Part shown: piece after piece, positions 18,278 through 28,351 of the stretch | Layout: each line of letters begins with the position of its first letter | Position numbering within the stretch: position 1 is the stretch's first letter | Source: an uncultured candidate division WWE3 bacterium | GTDB taxonomy: Bacteria > Patescibacteriota > WWE3 > UBA101185 > UBA10185 | Direction: 5' to 3' | DNA: 64,000 bases | Assembly: GCA_903879985.1 (NCBI GenBank) | Contig: CAIRNR010000007.1 | Span: 280,079 to 344,078, forward strand | Made by a program: the position numbers and the translations under genes | Notes under the pieces: model-generated | The model's database searches: none | What the model was told of the DNA's origin: nothing | What the model saw: only the letters and a program-made list of their open reading frames with translations

Positions 18278-18354
18278 CGGGGTATAGCTTAGTTGGCTAA
18301 AGCGCCAGGCTGGGGGTCTGGAGATCGCCCGTTCGAGCCGGGCTACCCCGACCA
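18278..18354 (+). tRNA. tRNA-Pro (GGG)
   Basis: CGGGGTA/TACCCCG acceptor stem, anticodon loop CT-GGG-GG, GTTCGAGC T-loop, CCA. Confidence 0.95.
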
Positions 18355-18420
18355 TAAGCATAGCTGTCAGATTTTTTAATCCTTTACACAAACCACAAAT
18401 AAAAGTTAGTATTGTTGTAT

Positions 18421-19083
18421 ATGATTACCCCTGAAATCCAAGATTATGTTACCAAGAAAAAGGCAGAAGGTATTTCTGATGAGGTAATAAAAGCTAATCT
18501 ATTATCCGTAGGTTGGCCAGAAAATCAGATAACAGAAGCTCTAGCAGGTGAGGTAAAAACCTCAGATATACCTCTACCAAAGATTCCAACACCACCAGCA
18601 CAAACAGGAACCATGTGGGATAGCTTTCAGCATATATTAATGTTTATAAGTATGTACGTTTTATACATTTCCTTAGCGTTAATGATTCATCAATATATTG
18701 ATAAATGGGCTCCTGGGGTTACAAACAACCCATACGCGTCTTTTGCATATGACAGCTATAACACCATATTATTAAGAATTTATATGGCTGCACTAATAGT
18801 TTCTTTTCCGTTATTCTCCTTCTTCTTTATAAAGATCACAAAACACACTAAAGAAAATCCAAATATTAAAAACATGGTTGCCAGAAAACTTTTAACATAC
18901 GGAACACTTGTCGTGACATTTATTGTTGTCTTAGTAAACGTTGTCCAAGCTGTGTACGGATTTTTAGAAGGAAATGTAACTTTTAATTTTGTATTGCACT
19001 TTTTAAATACTGTTGGATTAAGCAGTATTATATTTATTTATTATCTTGGTCAGGTAAAGGGAGATCGTATAAAAAGTGCGTAA
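18421..19083 (+). CDS. DUF5671-type membrane protein
   Basis: N-terminal LL..GWPE..I..AL cap; AALIVSFPLF, RKLLTYGTL, FLEG pattern. Confidence 0.7.
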   Translation: MITPEIQDYVTKKKAEGISDEVIKANLLSVGWPENQITEALAGEVKTSDIPLPKIPTPPAQTGTMWDSFQHILMFISMYVLYISLALMIHQYIDKWAPGVTNNPYASFAYDSYNTILLRIYMAALIVSFPLFSFFFIKITKHTKENPNIKNMVARKLLTYGTLVVTFIVVLVNVVQAVYGFLEGNVTFNFVLHFLNTVGLSSIIFIYYLGQVKGDRIKSA

Positions 19084-20005
19084 GTACTATATCTTCATCG
19101 TTATACTTGGCTTAGTTGTAACAGCGGCTTTGCTTGCCGGCTTCATAACTGGGGGTAATCCTTCTGACTTAAAGGCCATAACCAACGATGCAAACACAGT
19201 GAATTCTTTTTCATCAATAGAATCTTCTATTTACAGCTATTACGATAGAAACTCCAAACTACCAACCACATTAAACGATTTGGCGCTACCGGAACAAAGT
19301 CTGAAAAACAGTTCAACACAGAAACCTTTTGTTTATAATAAAATTGACTCCGTAAACTATACTTTATGTTCGGATTTTGCCACAAACGCAGCAGAGGTAG
19401 CAAAAAAATATGGCATGTCCAATTATGGGATGGGACAAGACTCCAATCATAAAAAAGGGTATGACTGTTTACAATATCACGTGACACCAAAAGTTACTGA
19501 AATTACACCCACGGTTCAACCAACAGCTACAACAGCAGTAGATGAAAATGTATTAGTGCAGTATTTTGATAAAAATAATGTTGCAAGTTATGGCGGCTTA
19601 ATTACAACTCCGGATAATTTATTGATACGCATTGGACCAGACGCCAAATTAAAAGAAGTTGCCGAAATTAGCTCATATTATTTGTTAGTAATACATATTG
19701 ACTTGGTATGTACAAATATAGACAAAAACAACTGTCCATTCTTTTTAAACTATATAGACCTAAAAACAAAGGATGGAAGTATGCTAACCAAGAACTTAAT
19801 GGGACAAACATTGTACACACCCTATATTTCTGAAAACCTAGGGGAGCTGCTTCCAATCTACAACATCACACCTAACACTGCGGCCTCTGGATATGTGGGA
19901 TTTTATGTGCCTACCAACATGCTTCCTTTAAACACACCAACTGATTTTTACATGTCCTACAGCGGTGTGGCAGAAGAAGCTAAATTAACAGTAACCCGTG
20001 AGTAA
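19076..20005 (+). CDS. Membrane-anchored pilin-like hypothetical protein
   Basis: TM, GGNP, IYSYY....LPTTL.DL, YTLCSDF, HKKGYDC; overlaps DUF5671 gene by 8 bp. Confidence 0.65.
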   Translation: MRKYYIFIVILGLVVTAALLAGFITGGNPSDLKAITNDANTVNSFSSIESSIYSYYDRNSKLPTTLNDLALPEQSLKNSSTQKPFVYNKIDSVNYTLCSDFATNAAEVAKKYGMSNYGMGQDSNHKKGYDCLQYHVTPKVTEITPTVQPTATTAVDENVLVQYFDKNNVASYGGLITTPDNLLIRIGPDAKLKEVAEISSYYLLVIHIDLVCTNIDKNNCPFFLNYIDLKTKDGSMLTKNLMGQTLYTPYISENLGELLPIYNITPNTAASGYVGFYVPTNMLPLNTPTDFYMSYSGVAEEAKLTVTRE

Positions 20006-20010
20006 ATAAG

Positions 20011-21555
20011 TTATAACCTCTTAAATAGATAAACCTTAGGACCATCGAAAAAGTTTAACGGGTACTTCACTTCAAAACTACCAACCTCTTCATAAACGTT
20101 TTTCCAATCCTTTCGTGTATATAATGGCTGAAAATAAAACATATATTTATAATTCTCATCACGATTGCAGTAGTTTTGTTGCCACGCATATCCGGCGGAT
20201 ATATCTCTGTTTTTAACACCTAAAGTTTCATGAATAGTGGAAGCATTGGCATATATTGTTCCATTGAGCAATACAAAATCCATAGCCAAGTTATATACGT
20301 AAAATATTAGCACGAATAAACCAATCGACATAAATACCCTAGCAATCTTGCTAAATGTTAAATGATCAAACAACGACAAAAAACCCAATAAAAATATCGG
20401 AATCAACGGCAACATGTATCTGTCGTAAAGTCTAAGCATAATAGACATTACTCCCATATAAAACAGTGCATACACAAAATATATATTAAATACTTTCTTG
20501 AATTTAAATACCAAAAAAGATAAAAACATAGCCACCATCATTTCGGTAATAAGCTGCCAATGAGTAAATAGTACATGTTCGTTAATAATGTGATATTTAA
20601 GTCCCATTGTGTCCCCATAAAAGAATCCACTTCGTCCTAAACACTCCGCAATAAAATACATATCGGCACTTCTCAACAACTTTGGACTAAACACCGAATA
20701 ATATGTGCAAAAAATCAAAACACTAAGCGCGACAAATAGTAATGCTTTTTTTGTACCAATACTTTTCACATATGAAATCATTGGAACTACAAGTATTGGG
20801 AGAACAAAACACAAAGCGTAAAACACAAACACGTAATTTAAAGTAAATAGTTGACCAAAATTTGTTAAATTTGTATATCGAAAACCTTGGTATTTGTTCA
20901 TTTCAGATGTTGTCGGAAAATATTTAAAGTAGTAAACCAAAAGAGCACTAGTTAATAACGTTTGAATACATGCTGAAACATATTTTTTCTTTATTACTAA
21001 CTGAGTGATCAAAGCCAGCAAAGATATAACAGACAACTGACGAACAAAAAATCCTGCTAAGGCTGACATATTTACTAAGACAAAGTATATTTTTTTATTG
21101 GTATTTAAATAATATTCTGAAAAAAGCAGAGTTAACAATAAAAACAACAGAAAATAGTTGTCCGTCATAAATCCTAAGGCGGAATAAATATGCAATGGTG
21201 CGAAGAAAAAAGTTAGTCCAATTAAAAGTGAATCTATAAGTTTTTTAACATAGAATCTGTAGACAATGATCGTAAAAATAATAAAATTCAAAACAGAAAC
21301 AAGTAGCGTTAATATAGGCAGACGTACTAACGAAAACATTCGTGCAAAACCCATGGCCATAAATCCTTGAGTGTAAAAGGCCGCCTCAAGTGATTTATCT
21401 AAAACAAAATCTTTGTTTAGAAAGTTAGTAACTTGTTTGTAATAAACCCAATCGTCATTTTGAAAAAAGTTAATCTTGTAGGAAAGCGGAAATATTAGTG
21501 CAAATAAAAGCAAACCAACTAGGAATATTTTTAATAGGTCTATTCTTTTTGACAT
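20011..21555 (-). CDS. Polytopic GT-C membrane glycosyltransferase
   Basis: QNDDWVY acidic loop motif, FMTDNYF, FFVRQ, YDRYMLP. Confidence 0.75.
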   Translation of the reverse strand: MSKRIDLLKIFLVGLLLFALIFPLSYKINFFQNDDWVYYKQVTNFLNKDFVLDKSLEAAFYTQGFMAMGFARMFSLVRLPILTLLVSVLNFIIFTIIVYRFYVKKLIDSLLIGLTFFFAPLHIYSALGFMTDNYFLLFLLLTLLFSEYYLNTNKKIYFVLVNMSALAGFFVRQLSVISLLALITQLVIKKKYVSACIQTLLTSALLVYYFKYFPTTSEMNKYQGFRYTNLTNFGQLFTLNYVFVFYALCFVLPILVVPMISYVKSIGTKKALLFVALSVLIFCTYYSVFSPKLLRSADMYFIAECLGRSGFFYGDTMGLKYHIINEHVLFTHWQLITEMMVAMFLSFLVFKFKKVFNIYFVYALFYMGVMSIMLRLYDRYMLPLIPIFLLGFLSLFDHLTFSKIARVFMSIGLFVLIFYVYNLAMDFVLLNGTIYANASTIHETLGVKNRDISAGYAWQQNYCNRDENYKYMFYFQPLYTRKDWKNVYEEVGSFEVKYPLNFFDGPKVYLFKRL

Positions 21556-21654
21556 ACTAATAAATAGTATAATAGAAAGCCTTTGGTGAAAACAACAAAA
21601 AGCGGGAAGCTTGTGGCTCCCCGCTCTAAAACCAAGGCTAAAGAACTAACCGTG

Positions 21655-22386
21655 TTAGTTCTTCAAGAAAGTATCAGTAAACTTCCAAAATGCGTCGTCA
21701 CCACCAAGTTTGGCAGCACACATAGCAGCAATAGACTTAACCCTAGTGGTTGGATGCAATTGATCCAAAGGCATTTGTCTGTAAGCCCATTTAACTTTTC
21801 CACTGTAATCAGTCAACAGTTTTGTAATTGTGGTACTAAATTGTTTGCAATAGGGACAATCATAATCTGAGTACTCGATTAGCGCATATCTAGCAAGTTT
21901 ATCGCCTCTTACATGGTCAGATGGTGTAATTGCAGTAACTTTTAATGCAGTTAAGTTTGTTCCGGCAATTACTTGATCCATTAAGGTCTTAAGATTGGTA
22001 TAAGGAACAGCTCCTGGAACCTCTACACCTTTACCTGTTTGAGTATCAACTATAAATGCTCCTGGAGTACCTTGAACTCCTGCAGTGGCACCTGTAGCCT
22101 CATCAGCGGCAACCAAATCAGCGGCCTCTTTTGATTTTGTACAAGTTTGAAAATCATCAGCATTGAGTCCTGCATCCTTTGCCATGGCAGCAACATCTAC
22201 AACAGCGGCTGTTTCACCGGCTGCAGCTGGAGTACCTGTATCTTTTACAGCAATTCCTGAACCTGTACCACCTTTAGTTTCAAGAACACCTACTTTGGTC
22301 CAAAGAGAACCAATTAAAAAGGCAGCGACGATTAAAAGACCAATAAGTACGTATTGCACTACATTGGATTTTTTCATTTCTTTCAT
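21655..22386 (-). CDS. Membrane-anchored DsbA-family thiol-disulfide oxidoreductase, circularly permuted
   Basis: EYSDYDCPYC, YRQMPL..LH, AAMCA, FWKF present, but GVQGTP cis-Pro half precedes the CxxC half; SD AAGGAGG. Confidence 0.85.
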   Translation of the reverse strand: MKEMKKSNVVQYVLIGLLIVAAFLIGSLWTKVGVLETKGGTGSGIAVKDTGTPAAAGETAAVVDVAAMAKDAGLNADDFQTCTKSKEAADLVAADEATGATAGVQGTPGAFIVDTQTGKGVEVPGAVPYTNLKTLMDQVIAGTNLTALKVTAITPSDHVRGDKLARYALIEYSDYDCPYCKQFSTTITKLLTDYSGKVKWAYRQMPLDQLHPTTRVKSIAAMCAAKLGGDDAFWKFTDTFLKN

Positions 22387-22476
22387 TAATTTCCTCCTTT
22401 AAAATTTAAACTCTACAACGTAGAAAATATGCTACATGAATACTAAAAGCAAAGCAACCAACCCCGATAGTAATTA

Positions 22477-23442
22477 TTAGGCAACCTCACGAACCGTGTA
22501 AGTTTTACGCTTTGACGACTCAAAGTAGGTTCTCATTGTTAATTCTCCCAAGAGTCCGGTCATCATTGACTGTACACCAACGATGATTAACAAGATGGAT
22601 AGTATTAACAAAGGTCTGTTTGCAATATCTTCACCTAAAATTTTTAGGACAAGCAAATAAAAAACACTTATTCCGCCTAAACTTGTAATAACAAATCCGG
22701 TGAAACCAAATAATCTTCCGGGCATTGCGTAAAAAGGTTTTTTTGCAAAATAAATTAAAAATGCCAACGTGACTAAATCCAATAACACTTTTATTGTTCT
22801 TTTATTTCCACGGTAAGCTGAAACACCAAAGTCGCGATCTTTAAATTCAACATCAACCTCAATCATGCGAGCACCGTATGTACTAACGTAATCAGGAATA
22901 AATCTGTGCATTTCCCCGTAGAGTCTAAGGTTATCTATAATTACGCGACTGAATCCTTTCATTCCGGATCCACGATCTTTCATATCGATGCCTGAAACTT
23001 TTGTAATAATTTTATTGGCCATACCGCTTTTAGCTTGGCGACTTGCTTTTTCTGCGCCCCATCTACCAACACGATTTGTATTAACAAAATCGTAACCTTC
23101 GTCTAACAAATCTATAACTTTAACTAAGTTTTCCAAAGGAATTTCCAAATCGGCGGAAACTGTTATCACATATTCGCCTGTTGATTTATCAAAACCGGCC
23201 ATGTATGCGGCACTTTGACCAAAGTTGGTCATCATGTTTACGCCTTTAATTTCGTGAAACTTTTCGGCATAGTCTTTTATGACGTGCCACGTGTGATCTT
23301 TACTACCATCATTGACTGCAATGATTTCAAAACGATAGCCTTTGTTTTTAGCTAACTCCAATAGGCCATCAAATGTACGATCAATATTCTTTTCCTCGTT
23401 GTAGCAAGGAATTACTATTGATATAAGGGTATCTTTTGCCAT
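22477..23442 (-). CDS. GT2 glycosyltransferase (ArnC-like)
   Basis: IPCYNEE, VNDGSKD, NFGQSAA, SADLE, YGEMHRFIP, C-terminal TMs. Confidence 0.9.
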   Translation of the reverse strand: MAKDTLISIVIPCYNEEKNIDRTFDGLLELAKNKGYRFEIIAVNDGSKDHTWHVIKDYAEKFHEIKGVNMMTNFGQSAAYMAGFDKSTGEYVITVSADLEIPLENLVKVIDLLDEGYDFVNTNRVGRWGAEKASRQAKSGMANKIITKVSGIDMKDRGSGMKGFSRVIIDNLRLYGEMHRFIPDYVSTYGARMIEVDVEFKDRDFGVSAYRGNKRTIKVLLDLVTLAFLIYFAKKPFYAMPGRLFGFTGFVITSLGGISVFYLLVLKILGEDIANRPLLILSILLIIVGVQSMMTGLLGELTMRTYFESSKRKTYTVREVA

Positions 23443-24377
23443 ATTTTCTCCTTGTACCAAGCTACTTCTTTGGCAAGCCCGATTTGGGGTGTTGTAGTTG
23501 GGTTATAACCTAAAATATTACGCGCTTTAGTAATGTTGGCATGGGTTTCCTTTTGATCCCCCGGCCTCTTTGGTTTTATATCTATTTTTGCTTTCGCTCC
23601 CATAATTTCTTCGACAATCTTTATTCCTTCACCTGTTGTTATTGCTTGATCAGTTCCCAAGTTAAATATTTCACCCAAAACTTTGTCTTTGTTATTTAAA
23701 ACTAAAATTAAACCGTCAACAATATCTCCAACATATGAATAACTTCTAAGATGCTCTTCACTACCTTCATAAAAAGGTAATCGATAGTTTGGATCAAGTA
23801 TTGAGTTAATTAATTTTGGATATAGTTTTTCAGGACGCTCACGTTCACCATAAACTGAGAATAATCTGGTTGAACACGCTGGAAATTGCTGATCTCTATA
23901 ATACGATAACGCCAACTGTTCTGCTGCCAACTTTGTGACTCCGTAATTAGAAGTTGGTTTTGGAGCTGTGGTTTCGTCGTCCATTGCATGTGCACCATAA
24001 ACCGAAGATGTGGCGATGTTAACAAAAAGCTGTAGACCAGTTTGTTTTTTTGCGGCCTCCAACAAGTTATGTGTAGCAATAAAATTATTAGTTAAATAGT
24101 TATCAAATGGAGTTGTGGCAGAAATTCCTGGCTGCGCTGCCAAATGGAAAATAACATCAGCACCATTTAGGGCATCATCTAAATTATCCTTGGATAAATC
24201 TAAACGTGAAATTTCAACGCCCTTATCATAGAGATCTCTTGCGTTTTGTTCTTTTAGTCGGGGCAAATAATACGAATTAAAATTATCTATACCGGATACA
24301 GAATGTCCTAAACTAACTAATCTTTCTGACAGATGAGAACCTATAAAGCCTGCGGCTCCTGTGACAATGATTTTCAT
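23415..24377 (-). CDS. NAD-dependent nucleotide-sugar epimerase (UDP-glucuronate 4-epimerase-like)
   Basis: TGAAGFIG, HLAAQPG, TSSVYG, YGVTK, RPGD. Confidence 0.92.
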   Translation of the reverse strand: MKIIVTGAAGFIGSHLSERLVSLGHSVSGIDNFNSYYLPRLKEQNARDLYDKGVEISRLDLSKDNLDDALNGADVIFHLAAQPGISATTPFDNYLTNNFIATHNLLEAAKKQTGLQLFVNIATSSVYGAHAMDDETTAPKPTSNYGVTKLAAEQLALSYYRDQQFPACSTRLFSVYGERERPEKLYPKLINSILDPNYRLPFYEGSEEHLRSYSYVGDIVDGLILVLNNKDKVLGEIFNLGTDQAITTGEGIKIVEEIMGAKAKIDIKPKRPGDQKETHANITKARNILGYNPTTTPQIGLAKEVAWYKEKIWQKIPLYQ

Positions 24378-24393
24378 ATTTTTTTATTATATA

Positions 24394-24711
24394 TCAATTC
24401 TTGGGCTGTGTAATGTTTGGTTCTCCGCCATATTCGGGCTGTTGTAATTCGGAGATTGTTTTTTTACCCAAAGCCCAGTTTAAAACATTAGAAATTGTGA
24501 TTCCAATTTTAATTCCTGTAAATGAACCGGGGCCGGGATTTGCTTTAAATTCGCTGATATCTTTAACAGTTAAATTGTGTTTTTCTAAAAGTTTTTTGAT
24601 TTCGGTGACAATATCAATAGGACCAGTGACTTTATCCAATATTTCCGCATCTTTATATAATATTACTTGTCGATTTTCGCGTTCGGTTGTGTCTATAAAT
24701 ATTTTGAACAT
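24394..24711 (-). CDS. tsaB: tRNA threonylcarbamoyladenosine biosynthesis protein TsaB, short form (105 aa)
   Basis: IFIDTT, GPGSFTGIKIG; directly downstream of tsaE. Confidence 0.8.
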   Translation of the reverse strand: MFKIFIDTTERENRQVILYKDAEILDKVTGPIDIVTEIKKLLEKHNLTVKDISEFKANPGPGSFTGIKIGITISNVLNWALGKKTISELQQPEYGGEPNITQPKN

Positions 24712-24712
24712 A

Positions 24713-25141
24713 CTATCTCTTTATTAAAATTTTTCTTTCGTTTTCTCCTGTTACCTCAAAATGCATTTTTATTGTTTTAGCAGGAAGTGTTTCTTCTAAT
24801 ATTTCGGGCCATTCAATTAAAGTTACCGATGTTGGTTCACTAAAATATTCTGAAAGTCCTAATTCTGCAGCTTCTTCCTTTGAGGTTAACCTGTACAAAT
24901 CTATATGGTTAATTTTATTGATTTTTTCGTTACCTTTTCCTTGGTATTTTCTGGAAATAACAAAGGTAGGACTTTGAACACGGTTATCAAAACCCAACGC
25001 TTCAACCAAAAATCTGGTGAACGTAGTTTTACCGGCGCCTAAATCGCCATACAAAGCTACAATGTCGCCTCCATTTAAGGTTTGAGCTAATTGTTGAGCC
25101 AGTTTCTTAGTCTCTTCGGTAGATAGGACTGTAGTTTCCAT
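24713..25141 (-). CDS. tsaE: t6A ATPase TsaE
   Basis: GDLGAGKTT, VQSPTF, HIDLYRL, LIEWPE. Confidence 0.95.
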   Translation of the reverse strand: METTVLSTEETKKLAQQLAQTLNGGDIVALYGDLGAGKTTFTRFLVEALGFDNRVQSPTFVISRKYQGKGNEKINKINHIDLYRLTSKEEAAELGLSEYFSEPTSVTLIEWPEILEETLPAKTIKMHFEVTGENERKILIKR

Positions 25142-25458
25142 AATAATCCTGCAGAAATAAATGCACCCAGGGTATCAACACAAATATCAAACACACTACT
25201 ATCGCGTCCCAGCGTGAATCTTTGGTGATATTCGTCGGAAATTGCAAAAAGTATGGTGAATAACATTGATTTAACAATATCTTTAGTGGCTTTGTAATAG
25301 AAAACAAATAGTATTAAAAACAGCATGAAGTGACCATCAATATGTATACGTTCACTCGCAAAACCTGCATTATCCAAGGTTTGGGCCGTTGTTGCAGAAA
25401 GTATAAATATAGCGATCATCCAGAGTATGGCTGGAATCCATGGTTTTAGTTTTGACAT
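25087..25458 (-). CDS. VanZ-like family membrane protein
   Basis: WM..IF..S, HF..F, AISDEYHQ.F..GR.SS..D...D..G. Confidence 0.88.
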   Translation of the reverse strand: MSKLKPWIPAILWMIAIFILSATTAQTLDNAGFASERIHIDGHFMLFLILFVFYYKATKDIVKSMLFTILFAISDEYHQRFTLGRDSSVFDICVDTLGAFISAGLLWKLQSYLPKRLRNWLNN

Positions 25459-26078
25459 TCACCCATTTTACCATGCAAAAAGCTGTAGCTAAAACCAACG
25501 TAGGCAAATGCTAAAAAGCAAAACATACTTAGTACAATCAATCTTCGCCGCGGTAATAACGAAGTTTTCGCTAAATTTTGAAGCTGGGTGTAATCAACTG
25601 CTGGAGTTGTTTCCGAGGACTGCGTACTTTCAGCTACGTTTCTAAAAACTGCAGGTAAATAGTAATTCAAAGACTTTTCTGTCCAATACAAACGCTTTGG
25701 CGTGGTATAAACTTTTTCGTTTTTTAAGGATATAACTTCAAACCAAATATTAAGTTTTTGAACCGATCCGTAATTAGCCCTAACTTGCATTTCACTTTTT
25801 AAGTGGGGCAGTTTATTTATAGATGAGCTTGATTCTAACCATTCCTTTTTGGCATCATCATATATTTCCACGTAACCATTTTGAATATATGGCCGTACAA
25901 CAAAATCTTCTGTTTTTAAATTTATAAGGTTGTAATCAAACTCAACTTTTACAGGTTTTAGAGTCCAGACAAAATAGCTTTCAGAAGCAAAAGCAAAATA
26001 TACTTGAGAATCAGCATGCACCTCACCTCCTCTCAGCAAAAATATAAATATTAAAATAGCTGCGATAACTAACTTCAA
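25446..26078 (-). CDS. Secreted/membrane hypothetical protein
   Basis: Signal peptide (VHA) and C-terminal TM. Confidence 0.6.
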   Translation of the reverse strand: MKLVIAAILIFIFLLRGGEVHADSQVYFAFASESYFVWTLKPVKVEFDYNLINLKTEDFVVRPYIQNGYVEIYDDAKKEWLESSSSINKLPHLKSEMQVRANYGSVQKLNIWFEVISLKNEKVYTTPKRLYWTEKSLNYYLPAVFRNVAESTQSSETTPAVDYTQLQNLAKTSLLPRRRLIVLSMFCFLAFAYVGFSYSFLHGKMGECQN

Positions 26079-26157
26079 TAAAGAGAGTTTAAGAAATTTA
26101 TGAAAAAATTAAATGGGTTAGGGTCTATTGAGAATAGGAAAATTGCACAAAACTTAC

Positions 26158-27435
26158 TTAATCGTAAACAAAAGCTTCAAACATTGAAGTTTTTGCATAA
26201 TGGCTAGACAACTTAAGATCAGGACCATACCATGGATCATACATTATGTAATCGCTTCCACTCTTTGCGGATAAAACAATAAAGTGCGTTCCGTAAGGAC
26301 CCGCATGTATACCAACTATAACAGCATTGCCTTTTTTGAGTTGAGCATCAATAGTTGAAGATATTGCCGAGTACGATCCCCAGTTTGCTTTAAATTCCCC
26401 CGGAATCGTCATGTATGCAGTGTTTCCATAAAAAATATTTCTCCTTGCAATAGTTGCCGGCGTAACACTAGAACCGTGGCTTTTATAAACCATTGCAACG
26501 CTTGTTACTAAACAGCCTACGTCCATAATATCGTCATTGGATCTACCAATAGTTGTACCTGCCCAACGAGCGTCTCTTTGTGAAAAATACCAACCTTCTT
26601 TACCAGAGCCGAAACCATTAGCGCTAATCTGACCACCACCAGCTGCTTTAGTAAAATTGCCATATGCAGCAAGTTCTTCTTCAGCTTTTTTTAACATGTC
26701 CTGATATTTTTGTTCATCATTCTGCGTACTTGTTAACAAATCCTGCTTCTGAGATTTTTGATCTGCCAAGTCACCTTTATAATTATCTAAACTCGATTTT
26801 TGATTTTGAAGCTTAGAACGTAAAGTTTCTTGTTCAGTTTTTTTGTCTTCATATAATTTTTGTTGAGTATTGTAGGCATCTTTTGTACTCGCCATCTCAG
26901 CTAAAAGCTTGTTGTCATAAATTTCCATCTTTTGAAGATATTCGGCTTTACTAACCAAATTGGACAAGGTTCCAGCACCAAACAAAACCATAATTGGATT
27001 ATCACTCTTGGATTTGTATCTTTCTTGCATGCGTGCCGTTAAAACCTGTTTTTGATAATCCATAGAAGCTTGTAATTTTGTTACCCTCGCTTTTACTTCA
27101 TCTATGCTTCCGGCAAGGCGATCTATTTCACTTTCGGTATTTTGAATACTATTAAGAGCATTTTGTATTTTTAATTCGGTAAGTTGAATTTGAGAAGTGG
27201 TGTTAGCAATTTCATTTGTAAGATTATCTTCTGTCCCATTTAGAGTGTCTATTTTTGACTGCCACTGACTTTGCAAATCCTCCAAACAAGATTGTTGGTC
27301 GGCAGGTTTGTCTTTATCTTTACAAGCTTGAATAGCATCATCAGCGGAAATTGCGTAAACCCGAATAAACAAACCCAGAGAAAAGGCAACAAGCGTAAAT
27401 ATTAAAGAAAATATTAAAAGTTTTTTCGTGCGCAT
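26158..27435 (-). CDS. PcsB/CwlO-like coiled-coil protein with C39-like cysteine peptidase domain
   Basis: Signal peptide, ~220-aa coiled coil, YFSQRD..W, GCLVTSVAM, HFIV, YDPW; directly after ftsX. Confidence 0.8.
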   Translation of the reverse strand: MRTKKLLIFSLIFTLVAFSLGLFIRVYAISADDAIQACKDKDKPADQQSCLEDLQSQWQSKIDTLNGTEDNLTNEIANTTSQIQLTELKIQNALNSIQNTESEIDRLAGSIDEVKARVTKLQASMDYQKQVLTARMQERYKSKSDNPIMVLFGAGTLSNLVSKAEYLQKMEIYDNKLLAEMASTKDAYNTQQKLYEDKKTEQETLRSKLQNQKSSLDNYKGDLADQKSQKQDLLTSTQNDEQKYQDMLKKAEEELAAYGNFTKAAGGGQISANGFGSGKEGWYFSQRDARWAGTTIGRSNDDIMDVGCLVTSVAMVYKSHGSSVTPATIARRNIFYGNTAYMTIPGEFKANWGSYSAISSTIDAQLKKGNAVIVGIHAGPYGTHFIVLSAKSGSDYIMYDPWYGPDLKLSSHYAKTSMFEAFVYD

Positions 27436-27448
27436 AAGATTAGAGTGA

Positions 27449-28351
27449 CTAGTATTTTAAATACTTTTTAATCGCCGAATTGCTGCCGAAATAACCGAGT
27501 AAAAATCCCGAGGCAATGAGTATAACCACAAGAATAGCGGCAAATACAATCAGGTTAATCATTATTCCCGGCAAAAATCCCAAGGTCACACCTTGCTTAA
27601 ATATTCCAAAGGAATACAAGAGTATGTCCATAATTAAAATAATTAAGGCCGATATCGTTGCTGAGATAACTCCAAAAAATACACCTTGATAAATTAACGG
27701 TGTTTTAACATAAGAATCAGAAGCACCAACCAACTTCATAATTTCCAGTTCCATACCTTTAGAATTTATTGTTGTACGCAACGCGGCGATAACAACAGAG
27801 TACGAGATCACGAAAAAGGCAACGACAAATAAAAACCCTACAAGATAAACAACCGTACTCCAAAGCTTAAACCTGCTGATAACGTCTTCAAAAAATCTAA
27901 CTTCTCCCACACCATCAATTTTGGAATATTCCGCCGACATAGCTTTTAGATCAGAAATGTTTTTTGCAGAAACTTCTAAACTTGCGGGCAAAATTCCCGG
28001 TGTAATGGATTCAAGTAATACCGGCTGATCTTTGTTAAGTTCTTTAAAAATATTAATAGCATCTTCTTTTGATATGTAGCTAACATTGGAAACACGCGAA
28101 TCCTTTGCAATGTTAGCGCGTATCGACTGAATATTTTCTTCGGGCAAATCAAGTTTAAAGAAGACTGTTATTTGCGCTTGCTGTTCTAAGTATTTAAGAG
28201 CTGTCTGGGAAAATACAATAACGTTAATAAATATGCCTAAAAGTAAAAACGTAATCGTCATTACAGTGATATTTGATAAACTCATTAATTTTTCACGTTT
28301 TAGATTTTGAATAAGATTAGACCATTCTTTAGCCACGGTATTTACCTCCAA
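27449..28351 (-). CDS. ftsX: Cell division permease FtsX
   Basis: ITVFF, YISKEDA, LPASLEV, EIMKLVGAS..YVKTPL..QG. Confidence 0.92.
   Translation of the reverse strand: MEVNTVAKEWSNLIQNLKREKLMSLSNITVMTITFLLLGIFINVIVFSQTALKYLEQQAQITVFFKLDLPEENIQSIRANIAKDSRVSNVSYISKEDAINIFKELNKDQPVLLESITPGILPASLEVSAKNISDLKAMSAEYSKIDGVGEVRFFEDVISRFKLWSTVVYLVGFLFVVAFFVISYSVVIAALRTTINSKGMELEIMKLVGASDSYVKTPLIYQGVFFGVISATISALIILIMDILLYSFGIFKQGVTLGFLPGIMINLIVFAAILVVILIASGFLLGYFGSNSAIKKYLKY

Noticed and set aside
21583-21870. ORF 21583..21870(+)
   Set aside because: Antisense to the DsbA C-terminus; spans a probable terminator hairpin (AGCGGG...CCCGCT, ~21601-21626)
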